From Fibrobacteria bacterium (GTDB lineage Bacteria; Fibrobacterota; Chitinivibrionia; Chitinivibrionales; FEN-1185): 29,827 nucleotides of DNA. Under the pieces are notes generated by a model. The model searched no databases. It was not told where the DNA came from and saw only the letters and a list, made by a program, of their open reading frames with translations. The stretch spans positions 45,469 to 75,295 of the forward strand of contig JBBIGR010000019.1 in NCBI GenBank assembly GCA_037447435.1. The letters are read 5' to 3'. The position numbers and the translations under genes are program-made. This document shows, one piece after another, positions 9,779-19,899 of this stretch. The stretch's first letter is position 1; each line of letters opens with the position of its first letter.

Positions 9779-10191
9779 AATCGTTTCGGCAGACGCTGGA
9801 GTTCAATACGAAAACGCGGCGTGAGTACATCAATATCACGCCGCGCGTCGAAGAAGCGCTTGCGCAAAGCGGCATCGCCGAAGGCCTCTGCCTTGTCAAT
9901 GCGATGCACATAACGGCAAGCGTGTATATCAACGACGACGAACCCGGGCTCATCAAAGACTACGACGACTGGCTTGAAAAACTCGCGCCCCACGAACCCG
10001 TGAGCCGCTACCGGCACAACGGGTATGAGGACAACGGCGACGCCCATCTGAAACGTCAGGTCATGGGACGCGAAGTCGTAGTCGCCGTGACGGATGGGAA
10101 ACTCGACCTTGGCCCATGGGAACAAATATTTTATGGGGAATTCGACGGGAAACGCATAAAACGCGTCCTTATCAAAATCATCGGTGAATAA
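9775..10191 (+). CDS. yjbQ: YjbQ / UPF0047 family protein
   Basis: [41 protein letters not shown] overlap with the pgi stop. Confidence 0.93.
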   Translation: MKSFRQTLEFNTKTRREYINITPRVEEALAQSGIAEGLCLVNAMHITASVYINDDEPGLIKDYDDWLEKLAPHEPVSRYRHNGYEDNGDAHLKRQVMGREVVVAVTDGKLDLGPWEQIFYGEFDGKRIKRVLIKIIGE

Positions 10192-10341
10192 CCCATGCTT
10201 TACGGGGACATGGGATAAAGTTATTTATATAATACGCAAAATGCGTATATAATTCAGATTTGGTACTAACCCCATGCTCCGCATGGGATAAGTTTATTTA
10301 TATAATACGCAAATGCGTATATAATTCAGATTTGGTACTAA
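10189..10341 (+). repeat. Tandem duplication of a ~75-bp two-hairpin element (copies 10189-10266 and 10267-10338)
   Basis: Both copies read TAA(C)CCCATG..CATGGGATAA..TTATTTATATAATACGCAAA(A)TGCGTATATAATTCAGATTTGGTAC. They fill the whole yjbQ-pfkA spacer. Confidence 0.92.
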
Positions 10342-11462
10342 TGGCTAGAAACATCGGAATCCTTACAAGCGGCGGCGATTGCCCCGGCCTTAACGCGGCG
10401 ATACGCGGCGTGGGCAAGGCGGCTCTTGACAAGTACGATATGAGCCTTGTCGGGTTTCTGGACGGTTTTCGCGGCCTGGTGAACAACCGGTTCGTCGAGC
10501 TCGAGCGGTCGAAATTGTCGGGCATTCTCACGTTTGGCGGCACCATGCTCGGCACCAGTCGAGACAAACCGCATCGCATGATTGTCGACGGAAAAGAAAG
10601 GGACATGACCGACGAAGCGGTCAAGACCTACAAACGCCATAAGCTCGACGCGCTCGTTTGCATCGGCGGCGGCGGCACGCAAAAAAACGCATTGCATCTT
10701 AAGAATGCCGGACTCAACGTCATAACGCTTCCCAAAACCATCGACAACGACGTTTTCGGTACCGACGTGACTTTCGGCTTCGATACCGCCATGGGCATCG
10801 TGACCGAGGCCATAGACCGTTTGCATTCTACTGCGACAAGTCACGGCCGCATCATCGTCGTCGAGGTCATGGGGCATCGCGCAGGATGGCTTGCGCTCGG
10901 TTCCGGCATGGCGGGCGGCGCCGACGTGATACTGATTCCCGAAATTCCGCACGATATCGATAAAATCGCCGACGCGGTAAAAAAACGCAGCAAAGCGGGA
11001 AAGAATTTCAGCATCATCGCGATAGCCGAGGGCGCCATGTCCTGCGAGCAATCGAAAAAAATCAAGGAACTGGTCGCAGCCAAAATGCAGGCCGCAGGAA
11101 AAAAAGAAAAACAAAAGGTATCGCTCGAACTTGCGGCGTTTCATCGCGAACATCTCGACCATACCATGACCCTCACCCATAAACTTGAAGAACTTACCGG
11201 ATTGGAATCGCGGTTGTCCATACTCGGCCATCTGCAGCGCGGCGGTTCGCCGTCTGCGGCCGATCGCCTGCTTGCGACCCGATTGGGTACCGCCTGCGCC
11301 GAATATATAGACAAAAAAGTATTCGGCGTCATGATTGCCGCCAAAAGCAGCGGCGTCGAGCCCATCGCGCTCGAAAAAGTGGCGGGCAATAAAAATCTCG
11401 TGCCCCTGGACCATCCCTGGATCCAAAGCGCGCGCATGGTCGGCACATCTTTCGGCGATTAG
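10341..11462 (+). CDS. pfkA: 6-phosphofructokinase (PfkA family, group III-like, probably ATP-dependent)
   Basis: Start re-assigned to ATG 10341 ([18 protein letters not shown]). Motifs [39 protein letters not shown]. Confidence 0.95.
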   Translation: MARNIGILTSGGDCPGLNAAIRGVGKAALDKYDMSLVGFLDGFRGLVNNRFVELERSKLSGILTFGGTMLGTSRDKPHRMIVDGKERDMTDEAVKTYKRHKLDALVCIGGGGTQKNALHLKNAGLNVITLPKTIDNDVFGTDVTFGFDTAMGIVTEAIDRLHSTATSHGRIIVVEVMGHRAGWLALGSGMAGGADVILIPEIPHDIDKIADAVKKRSKAGKNFSIIAIAEGAMSCEQSKKIKELVAAKMQAAGKKEKQKVSLELAAFHREHLDHTMTLTHKLEELTGLESRLSILGHLQRGGSPSAADRLLATRLGTACAEYIDKKVFGVMIAAKSSGVEPIALEKVAGNKNLVPLDHPWIQSARMVGTSFGD

Positions 11463-13444
11463 TTTATTGACAACTTGTCGTTGATCCGTTTGAGTTGTTT
11501 GTTCGACAAATGCAGTTGCATTGTTCCGCTTCTTTTTAACACAGGCCCGTCAAAAAATACCATGCAAAGAGAACCTTTTTTTAAAAAGGTCAATTTTTTC
11601 GAAGGGTTGCGTAACAGTAAACGGATGATCCGGGTAAGCTGCGGCTCATGTCCTACCAAAACCATTGTTTTGTAATTGCTTTTGGCAAGCCATGAATACA
11701 GGAGCAAATCAGCGGATTTGGCGCCACCCAAATAAGGGATCGTAATGGCCGGAATTCCCTGAGCGTGCTTGAAAAGCAGTTTTTCCGAGGTTTGTACGCA
11801 TCGCAAGGCCGGGCTTGTTATGAGCGCCTGTACCGGCATGCCGGTACAGGCAAAAAAAGTCGAAAGGCTTTCCGATTGGCCGATACCTTTTTTTGAAAGA
11901 GGTCTTTGAAAATCATGCATATCCGCAAGAGCATCCGCATGCCGGACAAAATAGAGAAAAGAGAAAGCATTGTTCCAGGATGACGGCAAATTTTTGACCA
12001 AAGTAAAAACATCGGGCGAATGCAGTCGTTCCCATGATTTTTTATAATGATCGTAACATTCCCGCTTTTTTGCTTTTAAAATATCTGAAAGCGCTTTACT
12101 TTTTGGCCACGATAATTGTGCAAGTCTTTCGAGCATAGTGTCCGCATCATGCATGTCGCCGAGACTGTCGGCCAGAGATTTGAACAGCTTTGCCAGAGTA
12201 TGTGCGGGATTGCCGATAATGGGTGCCATGAGTTCGGCCCAATACCTTCCCTTCCTGCAAAGTTTACGAACGCGATGCATTTTTTCCACGTCGTAGTCCT
12301 TTTTGACCATTGGCCGTGAAAAAATTTCAAAATAAATGCAAAACAGTTGCTGCGCGCAAAATCCAAAGACCCCAACCCGGGCCTGTGTTTTGATTTTATG
12401 CGGTAACTCAACACGTAAAAAACGAATTATACTGCGCAGAAAAGCCGAATATTCTTCACTTTTAACAAGGGTACGCAATACGATGGAATCGTGCTTTTTC
12501 AAGCGTAATTGATTTTTGTAAAAAGCATCGTATTCGGGCATAAGAGGAGTGTTCATATAAAAAGTTTGCAGTAGATCCATCCAGACATCGTTGTCGCGGA
12601 GCGGGCTGAGGCCAAGGGAAAAACGGGCACATTGTTTGTCTAGTTGTAAAACAACGGGCGATTTTAAAAACGGGGAAAAGAGTCGGAGTGCCGAACGGAA
12701 CCTGCGAAGCGCGATGCGGACATCATGGAGCGGGACATCGCTTTTGGCTTCAAGCATGGGCCTGGTGTTTTCGGTGATAATCCGGTATTGCAGAAATAAA
12801 AATTTGCGCAATGCTTCGAGAACAGTGTCATCGGCGTTTAAAATGCCCGCAAATTTATCGGCCGGTGCGTGGGTTGATTGCTTTTGAATAATGATCGGGG
12901 CCGAAAAAACCCTTGCCCATAAGTCGCTTTTTCCAATTGCCCAAGGAATCGAACCTTCGTAGCCCGGGCAATCGCATATGCAAACATATCCGGAATCTGT
13001 TTTTGTAAACGAAACTATCTTCGTGTTCTGAATGTGGCCGTGATCGAGGCCGTCCGCAATCCGCAGTATCGCCCCGAGAAGAAGGGCCTTCTTTTTTATC
13101 GCAATATCTTTGAACAGCGGGAATGAAAACGCTTTTTTATAATCTTTCCTGTGAAGTAAGACGGTTGCGGCAACAACGGCACAGTCTTCATCCGAAAAAC
13201 TCTCGATTCCTTTTTTAACGATTAGCCATGCGCTTTCCGCCTGATGGTCGAACGGATTACTTGCATAGCCGATATCGTGAAGAAGTGCGGCAGCCTTGAG
13301 TAACGGCCTTAATTTGGTCGGCAAAGCTTCAAAGGGATAAATGGTATCGAATATGGAAAGAGCCATTGAGCAAACATATTGGGAATGAATGTCCTCATTC
13401 TTTAATGAAAAACACAATGATTCTATGGTTTGCTTTTTCATCAT
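11459..13444 (-). CDS. Fusion of Ppx-type HD domain, CHAD polyphosphate-binding domain and SixA-like histidine phosphatase
   Basis: [64 protein letters not shown]. Six[26 protein letters not shown]. Start taken at MMKKQ (13444), clear of the ppk1 stop. Confidence 0.85.
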   Translation of the reverse strand: MMKKQTIESLCFSLKNEDIHSQYVCSMALSIFDTIYPFEALPTKLRPLLKAAALLHDIGYASNPFDHQAESAWLIVKKGIESFSDEDCAVVAATVLLHRKDYKKAFSFPLFKDIAIKKKALLLGAILRIADGLDHGHIQNTKIVSFTKTDSGYVCICDCPGYEGSIPWAIGKSDLWARVFSAPIIIQKQSTHAPADKFAGILNADDTVLEALRKFLFLQYRIITENTRPMLEAKSDVPLHDVRIALRRFRSALRLFSPFLKSPVVLQLDKQCARFSLGLSPLRDNDVWMDLLQTFYMNTPLMPEYDAFYKNQLRLKKHDSIVLRTLVKSEEYSAFLRSIIRFLRVELPHKIKTQARVGVFGFCAQQLFCIYFEIFSRPMVKKDYDVEKMHRVRKLCRKGRYWAELMAPIIGNPAHTLAKLFKSLADSLGDMHDADTMLERLAQLSWPKSKALSDILKAKKRECYDHYKKSWERLHSPDVFTLVKNLPSSWNNAFSFLYFVRHADALADMHDFQRPLSKKGIGQSESLSTFFACTGMPVQALITSPALRCVQTSEKLLFKHAQGIPAITIPYLGGAKSADLLLYSWLAKSNYKTMVLVGHEPQLTRIIRLLLRNPSKKLTFLKKGSLCMVFFDGPVLKRSGTMQLHLSNKQLKRINDKLSIN

Positions 13445-13490
13445 AGGGAAACGCCATAGTTCGAATGAAAACGTGCAACCGTGAAACAGG

Positions 13491-15641
13491 TCATTTACGG
13501 GAAGACTTCGGCTTATGTGCTTCAAACGCCGTACGCTTTAGGCGCTTTGGCTTTTCGGCGTTTTCACGCGAGTCTTCGTATAACAGCGCATGGCAATCGA
13601 AGTCTTTTTTTAACGTGGCTCCTATCGGCTGCCATGAACCGTCGGCACAAAGTTCCCAGCTGTTTTTGGTGTCTTTATCGCATATGTCCAGTATCTGAAG
13701 CAGTCTGGCTCGTGATGCCTTTTCGTCTACCGGGACCATCAATTCGACGCGCTTGTCCAGATTTCTTTGCATCCAGTCGGCGGTGCAAATAAAGAACTTT
13801 TCTTTTCCGCCGTTTGCAAAACAGAGTATTCGCGCATGTTCAAGGAACCGTCCCACGATGCTTTTTACCGAAATGGTTTCGCTCAGTCCTTTGACGCCGG
13901 GACGAAGGCAGCAAATACCCCGTATATTGAGTTTTATGGAAACCCCCGCTTTTGAAGCCTTGTACAGCGCCTCGATAATTTCCGGATGCGTCAATGAATT
14001 CATTTTAGCGCGGATATACGCCTTTTGTCCCTGGCGACAACGCTCGGTTTCGGCTTCGATAAGTTCCAAAATCCTGTCTTTCATGCCGATGGGCGCGGCT
14101 TCGATTTTTCGGTAATAATTGGGCTGCGAATTTCCGGTTATGCAATTAAAAAACGACGACGCATCGGCACAGAGGTCTTCGTTGCGCGTCAGATACGAGG
14201 TATCGCTGTAAATGCAAGCCGTGATTTCGTTGTAGTTGCCGGTGCCGAAATGCGCGTACCGCACAAGGCCCGACCCTTCACGGCGGATAACGATGCATAC
14301 TTTCGCATGCGTCTTTAGCCCTTTTACTCCGTAAATGACCTGGACGCCCGCGTCTTCGAGTTCTTTTGCCCATTCTATATTCCGCTCCTCATCGAAACGC
14401 GCTTTGAGCTCGACAATGGCGGTCACGTATTTACCCGCATTGGCCGCCGCGATCAGGGCAGCGACAATAGGGCTCTTTTTGCTTGTCCGATACAGAATTT
14501 GCTTAATGGAAACGACATCGGGATCGATAGACGCTTCCTGTATGAACCGCACTACTGGGTCGAAACTTTCGTACGGATGAATCAGCAAAAGGTCCTGCTT
14601 GCCGATAAGCGACAACATCGACGGCGTCGATTTGATGGCCGGGGCCGTTTGCGGCGGCCACGGTTTATAACGCAATTTATCGTATCCGGCAAGATCGGCC
14701 ATGCGCATGTACGCCGAAAGGTCGAGAGGGCCGCCGATGCGGAATACCGTGCCGGCCGGGACCGACAAAACGGAAGTCAGAGAAGAAATGAGGGAATCGG
14801 ACGCCTTGTCGTCGATTTCCAGCCGCACGTAATCTCCGTGCTTGCGCGCGTCGATGACCGCTTCCATTTCCGAAAGTAAATCGTGCGCGTCGTCTTCCCG
14901 CACGCTCATGTCCGCGTTGCGCGTGAGCCGCATGGTCGCGAATTCCACGATTTTTTCGCCGGGGAAAAAACGGTGGACGAACATCTCGACAATGTCTTCT
15001 ATGAGCATGAACTCATACCCGCCATCGCTGGGCATGGAAAGAAAACGGGCGAGGTTCTTGCCGATGGGTATTATCGCAATGCGTCGTACCGGAAGTTTCT
15101 TGTTTTGATCGGAAACCGGTTTTGGTGCAAGCGGGTCTTGCGGCGCGGTAAGCTTTACGGCGCAATACAGCATCCGATTGACAAGAAGCGGAGGATGCGG
15201 CGTGGCGGAAAGCACCATGGGCGAAAGGATCGGCAAAAGATCGTTATCGAAAACATGTTCCGCATGCCTGCTTTGCTCTCCGGTCAATTCTTTGGGCAAT
15301 AGCCGCCGGATTCCTTCTTTTGCCAGGCATTTCTCCAGCTCGCTTCGGCAGGCATATTGACTTTTGACCATTGTCCGGCACCGGGACAGTATCGCATCGA
15401 GTTGCTCGTTCGGCCGCAGGCCGGAATTGTCTTTTTTCGCAATGCCCTTGGAAACCAGCATTTGCAAACCGCCGACGCGTACCATGAAAAATTCATCGAG
15501 GTTCGACCCGGTTATCGAGAGGAATTTGAGACGTTCCAGCAAGGGCAGGTCTTTGTTTTTGCTGCATTGCAGGACGCGATCGTTGAATTCGAGCCAACTC
15601 AGTTCCCTGTTGAAAAAAGCATACGATGTTTTAGATTTCAT
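13491..15641 (-). CDS. ppk1: Polyphosphate kinase 1
   Basis: FFNRELSWLEFNDRVL, NLDEFFMVRV, HPYESF, ELKARFDEERNI, KTHAK, GRFLEHAR. ATG 15641 overlaps the ppx stop (ATGA). Confidence 0.97.
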   Translation of the reverse strand: MKSKTSYAFFNRELSWLEFNDRVLQCSKNKDLPLLERLKFLSITGSNLDEFFMVRVGGLQMLVSKGIAKKDNSGLRPNEQLDAILSRCRTMVKSQYACRSELEKCLAKEGIRRLLPKELTGEQSRHAEHVFDNDLLPILSPMVLSATPHPPLLVNRMLYCAVKLTAPQDPLAPKPVSDQNKKLPVRRIAIIPIGKNLARFLSMPSDGGYEFMLIEDIVEMFVHRFFPGEKIVEFATMRLTRNADMSVREDDAHDLLSEMEAVIDARKHGDYVRLEIDDKASDSLISSLTSVLSVPAGTVFRIGGPLDLSAYMRMADLAGYDKLRYKPWPPQTAPAIKSTPSMLSLIGKQDLLLIHPYESFDPVVRFIQEASIDPDVVSIKQILYRTSKKSPIVAALIAAANAGKYVTAIVELKARFDEERNIEWAKELEDAGVQVIYGVKGLKTHAKVCIVIRREGSGLVRYAHFGTGNYNEITACIYSDTSYLTRNEDLCADASSFFNCITGNSQPNYYRKIEAAPIGMKDRILELIEAETERCRQGQKAYIRAKMNSLTHPEIIEALYKASKAGVSIKLNIRGICCLRPGVKGLSETISVKSIVGRFLEHARILCFANGGKEKFFICTADWMQRNLDKRVELMVPVDEKASRARLLQILDICDKDTKNSWELCADGSWQPIGATLKKDFDCHALLYEDSRENAEKPKRLKRTAFEAHKPKSSRK

Positions 15642-17230
15642 AAAATTACGGTTCCCTTTTTCTCGAGTACGACGCTTAACCCATATACTTCCTCGAACAT
15701 ATCGCATTTGTTTTGCACGGCAAGCTGTTCGAGGGTCAGATCTTCGATATGGGGAATTTCTATGATCAGATTGTCTTTTTCCCGCCGGGAAGAAATGGAC
15801 GATATCCGCTGATTATGCGACCGGTCGAGCGAATCGGCAACGCGCAGGATGGCGGCGAGTTTTGCGACGCACAGCCGCGAGTCGCGGTCCAGAGCGGCAT
15901 ATTCCAAATGGGTTGACTTAGGAGATGCCCGGCGATGGTATCGGGCGATGAGGGAAACAAGATGAATGTCTTTGCGCGACAGGCCGAACAATTCGCTGTT
16001 TTCGATGAGGTACATCGAATGCTTGTGATGGCTTCGGGTGGAAACGAATACGCCGATGTCGTGAAGGATTGCCGCGACCGTGAGTATCATCCCGTGCCAC
16101 GGGCCAAGCCGGTGCTCGGTTGCGAGATCGGAAAACAGGGTTTGGCATAAAAACGAGACATGTCGCGCATGTTTTTCGTCGGCCTTGTATTTTTTCGCGA
16201 TTTCCCAGGCCGAATGCACGATTTGCCGCTTAAAATCCTCGCCGCTCGATTCTGCCTTTGTCAATTCGATGAGTATGCCGTGCCGCATGGAAATGTCGGA
16301 GGCCAAAACGCTTTTCAGTTTGAGGCTTTTTGCAAGCATGGTGTAAAACAAGAGCGACGGGCTCAGGGTCTCGGCTTCCGGATACGACAAATGGAACATT
16401 TTCACGCAGTCGTTGACCGACAGGCCGATGACGTGATGCGTAAATTTGTCAAGTGCTAAAAGCGGCAGCCGCGCGACCTGCGAGATGTCCCAGTCCGGGA
16501 AAATATGGGACGCGGCAAAGCGGATATCGCCGCCGATGGCGATCATGTTTCTCGTCGGCGAAGGCGGTATGCTGTGCAGAATCTGTTCTATGGTCCTTTT
16601 GATTTCGCTTTCCATGAGTTCCCGCTGACGGACAACCGGCGCGTTGAACCGTTCGAGCATTTCCCTCAGGCGCAGCGCGCCGAGTTTGAACGAATGGGTG
16701 GCCACGATATTGCCTTTTTCCAACACAAGGACTTCGGTGCTGCCGCCGCCGATTTCGCACATGATCATTTGGCCCCTGATAAGGGCGCTGTCGCGTTCGA
16801 AAAACGATCGGGCCGACAAAAACGTGAGACGGGCGACGTCCATATCGTCAAGCACTTCGATGCGGATGCCGGTCGCGATGTACATCCTGTCCAAAAAGGC
16901 GTCCCTGTTTACGGCTTCGCGTACCGCCGTGGTCGCAACCGCGCGGATGCGGTCGTCGGACGAAATTCCGTATTCCTCGAGCACCCTTCTAAAATTGCGC
17001 AACGCGCGCACGCAATCGGAAATCGTACCTTTCTCTATTATTCCTTTTGTAAATGTGTCCTTGCCCAGGCTCACCGCCTGGGTTAAAAATTCCAAAGGAT
17101 GCGCCAGCCCGTTTTTGTCTATGGTCGCAATGGTCATACGGGTCGAGGTCGTGCCGATGTCTATCACGGCAAAGGGATCACCGGTTTCGCACGGTTTTTC
17201 CGGCGAGTTATCTGCGTTTTTTTTTCGCAT
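15638..17230 (-). CDS. ppx: Exopolyphosphatase Ppx/GppA family with C-terminal HD domain
   Basis: AVIDIGTTSTR, AVATTAVREAVN, EIGGGSTE, AAILHDIG, HHKHSMYLI, LRVADSLDRSH. The likely start ATG 17230 lies 9 nt after GAGG; the ORF extends to TTG 17245. Confidence 0.93.
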   Translation of the reverse strand: MRKKNADNSPEKPCETGDPFAVIDIGTTSTRMTIATIDKNGLAHPLEFLTQAVSLGKDTFTKGIIEKGTISDCVRALRNFRRVLEEYGISSDDRIRAVATTAVREAVNRDAFLDRMYIATGIRIEVLDDMDVARLTFLSARSFFERDSALIRGQMIMCEIGGGSTEVLVLEKGNIVATHSFKLGALRLREMLERFNAPVVRQRELMESEIKRTIEQILHSIPPSPTRNMIAIGGDIRFAASHIFPDWDISQVARLPLLALDKFTHHVIGLSVNDCVKMFHLSYPEAETLSPSLLFYTMLAKSLKLKSVLASDISMRHGILIELTKAESSGEDFKRQIVHSAWEIAKKYKADEKHARHVSFLCQTLFSDLATEHRLGPWHGMILTVAAILHDIGVFVSTRSHHKHSMYLIENSELFGLSRKDIHLVSLIARYHRRASPKSTHLEYAALDRDSRLCVAKLAAILRVADSLDRSHNQRISSISSRREKDNLIIEIPHIEDLTLEQLAVQNKCDMFEEVYGLSVVLEKKGTVIL

Positions 17231-17262
17231 TTCCATGGGCCTCAATGAAAAATGTCAACAAT

Positions 17263-19251
17263 CTATTTCGAAGAATATACTATACGTGCAACAAAGACTT
17301 TGATCACAAACACAATGCTAACAATGCCCAGGATTCCGATCAAGGGAACGCAAAGCGTCGTGCTCAGCGCCATGCCGATGGCGCCGCCCAGGCAATCCGA
17401 AGCATACAATGATGCCGCGTTTTTTTCCCCGGATAATGCGTTGAATTGGGATCCCGCCAAAACGCCGAAACCCGCATAGAAACAATAAAAAAAGAACGGG
17501 GAAAGGGGAACAAAGAGTAAAATGAGGATGCTTATAAGCGACCAGCCTCCTATGAGTAAATCAAGATGCCTGATTTTACCGATAAAAGATCCGCAAAAAA
17601 AACCGAACGACACACTGAGTAAAAACAGGGAAATGTCCGCAAACAGCGCCCCGAAACGCGCCTGAAATAAAATCAGGATGCACATGGAATAAACGCCGGT
17701 TGCAAATCCGGTCGAGCCCATTGCAGTCTGGTTCTTGTTCTTTACGCATACAACGATCAACAAAACCAATATGAGGAAAATGACAACGGAAACGGCAGTA
17801 ACTTCCGCGCCGTAATGCTCGATCCAAGTTTGCAGGGAATATAAAAGCGCCGACGGTTTGTTCGTCGTATTGAGCAAACCTTTGTTGACAACCGAATCGG
17901 CGTCGTGGAACATGTCCGGCGAAATCCCGGGAATTATGGACGAGGACAAATAGGTAGTGGCCGTCGTGATCGCCGGCGTTGTTGATAATGCGTAATCGGA
18001 CGCCATGAACGTATGCCCGAACCCGGGAAACACCTCGACGTGTTTCCATACCGACCGCAACGTGGACAAAAGAGCGTCGTGAAGTTTTTGTTCGTACGGG
18101 GAAAGGTAATTTTCGGAAAACGGGAGCGTAAAGGTCATGATCCCGGAATCCGAGATCATTGTCTTGGCTTTTTTAAAAAACGATTGGGTAAAAAACCTAT
18201 TGTCGGCTATTGTTTGGGGAATGTTGCTGCTGACGAAAATCACGTCATACGGTTTTTTCGGCGTATACGACTCGACCGCAATCCGTTTGTCGTTGCCATG
18301 GGCGAAAAATGGTTCGGTTTCTATGACGTCGATAGTCAAACCGGGATATTTTTTCAATTCCTGTTTTTGGCCGATGTCCCGTATCAATAAAACGGAGGAC
18401 ACGCTATGCCGCTCTGCCATGGGAATATGGACGGCCTGTTCGCAAAACGGTTTTTCCATGGTCGATTTGAACAGTTTTCCATTGAGAAAATAAGAGGTAT
18501 CGATGTCCGAAACCTGTTGGGTTATTTCGCCTTCTATTCCGGATACGGTTTTGGCCGCAATAAAGCTGTTTTTCCATTGTTGCGTCTTGTTGTCGGTCAA
18601 TAAAACGCCGCACAGAAGAACCAGTAAAACAGGGACATAAACCGCACGTTTTTTGATAAAAATCAAAAGCAGCAGGCATGCGGAAAACAAAATTACCGCA
18701 TTTGAAACCAGGTTGGTTACGGCAAAAAAAACAACAACGCCGCCGCAAACGATGCCGAGGTTCTCCAGGCCGTACACTTTTTTGGAAATAGCTTTCTTTT
18801 GGGAAAAAAGCAGGCCGAATAAATAGCCGTTGATAATTGTATAAAAAGAAATGCCCAAGAAACAGATCGCGAAAATGCCCAGGGGGCCGATGTCGACGCC
18901 CTTATTGAAAATCAATCTCCCGGCACGGATAACGGTAAATCCGCCCACGGCAAAAATTATCTGCAAAAAAATCAACAGCGAAGGATTGTTCAAAAAAGAG
19001 CCGAAGGAAGAATTCTTTTGGACCCCGGTAACGGGTTTATTCAAATATGAAAAAAGAACAATGCCTGTTGCGCTTGAAAAAAGCCAGGTGGAAAAAACAA
19101 TGCCGATTGAAATTTCATTGCCGCTAAAAACCGAAAACAATTCCCTGAAGAAAACGGTTTGTACGGCAATCGTATTGGCGCCGAGGCATGCGACGAAGAA
19201 TAAATCGCCTTTAGCGCTCTTGGAAATGGATCGCACGGTATCGTGAGACAT
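17263..19251 (-). CDS. Multi-pass membrane protein fused to a degenerate spermidine-synthase-like domain
   Basis: N-terminal TM block (QTVFFRELFSVFSGNEISIG, YGLENLG), a central SpeE-like region (YFLNG, EQAVHIPM, YDVIFV, NRFFTQSFF) and a C-terminal TM block (LYASDCLGGAIG). Confidence 0.75.
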   Translation of the reverse strand: MSHDTVRSISKSAKGDLFFVACLGANTIAVQTVFFRELFSVFSGNEISIGIVFSTWLFSSATGIVLFSYLNKPVTGVQKNSSFGSFLNNPSLLIFLQIIFAVGGFTVIRAGRLIFNKGVDIGPLGIFAICFLGISFYTIINGYLFGLLFSQKKAISKKVYGLENLGIVCGGVVVFFAVTNLVSNAVILFSACLLLLIFIKKRAVYVPVLLVLLCGVLLTDNKTQQWKNSFIAAKTVSGIEGEITQQVSDIDTSYFLNGKLFKSTMEKPFCEQAVHIPMAERHSVSSVLLIRDIGQKQELKKYPGLTIDVIETEPFFAHGNDKRIAVESYTPKKPYDVIFVSSNIPQTIADNRFFTQSFFKKAKTMISDSGIMTFTLPFSENYLSPYEQKLHDALLSTLRSVWKHVEVFPGFGHTFMASDYALSTTPAITTATTYLSSSIIPGISPDMFHDADSVVNKGLLNTTNKPSALLYSLQTWIEHYGAEVTAVSVVIFLILVLLIVVCVKNKNQTAMGSTGFATGVYSMCILILFQARFGALFADISLFLLSVSFGFFCGSFIGKIRHLDLLIGGWSLISILILLFVPLSPFFFYCFYAGFGVLAGSQFNALSGEKNAASLYASDCLGGAIGMALSTTLCVPLIGILGIVSIVFVIKVFVARIVYSSK

Positions 19252-19891
19252 TGGCGGTTTTCCATCCGTCTGCGGGCATTCCGCCTTTTACGGAAAGATG
19301 CTGTAAAAAAGAAACTTTGTCCGGCAATTGTTCCCACACCTGGGGCAAAAAGGTCGATTGATTATACCCTTTTTTCAAAATGATGCCGTCGGAACCGGCG
19401 CAGATTTTGCCCAGGAGGTCTTCGGGGTTCGCATAGTCGATTGGTTCCGGTTTAGTAAGCACCGAAACTTCCACGACGATGTCCGGCAGTTCTTTCGCCG
19501 AGACTTGCGGAAAGCGGGGGTCCGACAATGCCGCGTTTTTCGCATTGTCTATGACCGCTTCATAGAGCGGTTTGATCCCTTCGATGTAACCGATGCATCC
19601 GCGCAGGTTGTTGTTTTTGGTCAGGGTGACGAAGCACCCGCGTAATTCTTTTGTCAATGCCGGCACGTCGGACGGAACGACAGGGGGCAAACCCTTTACC
19701 GAGGCTTCGAGATTTTCCCGCGCAAGCTTGAGCAGAAAAGCCCGGATATCGTTTGGTATCGAGTCTTTATTTTGCCCTGTACCGTTGCAGTCGGATGCGG
19801 CGGCTTTTAAAGGAAGAGAATCTTTGGAAAGGGCTTCGCTGGAAAAAGTCATAGAGAGCACTCCGATTAATAATAAGAATCCACAACGCAT
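19211..19891 (-). CDS. amrA: AmmeMemoRadiSam system protein A (AMMECR1 domain) with N-terminal signal-like sequence
   Basis: RGCFVTL, LRGCIG, AALSDPRF, VEVSVLT, STFLPQVWEQLP. Start is ATG 19891 or TTG 19903. Confidence 0.92.
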   Translation of the reverse strand: MRCGFLLLIGVLSMTFSSEALSKDSLPLKAAASDCNGTGQNKDSIPNDIRAFLLKLARENLEASVKGLPPVVPSDVPALTKELRGCFVTLTKNNNLRGCIGYIEGIKPLYEAVIDNAKNAALSDPRFPQVSAKELPDIVVEVSVLTKPEPIDYANPEDLLGKICAGSDGIILKKGYNQSTFLPQVWEQLPDKVSFLQHLSVKGGMPADGWKTANVSRYRAIHFQER

Positions 19892-19899
19892 GAAAAAAC

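Noticed and set aside
10260..10340. 27-aa N-terminal extension of PfkA in the ORF track
   Set aside because: It is translated repeat sequence. Family homology begins at ATG 10341.
10189..10341. Mini CRISPR array
   Set aside because: There are only two adjacent ~75-bp units with no unique spacer between them, and no cas genes.
10338..11426. 362-aa antisense ORF
   Set aside because: It is the shadow of pfkA and is explained by codon bias.
13445..15707. Longer starts for the CHAD fusion (13525) and ppk1 (15707)
   Set aside because: They overlap the upstream genes. The downstream ATGs fit the homology and, for ppk1, ATGA coupling.
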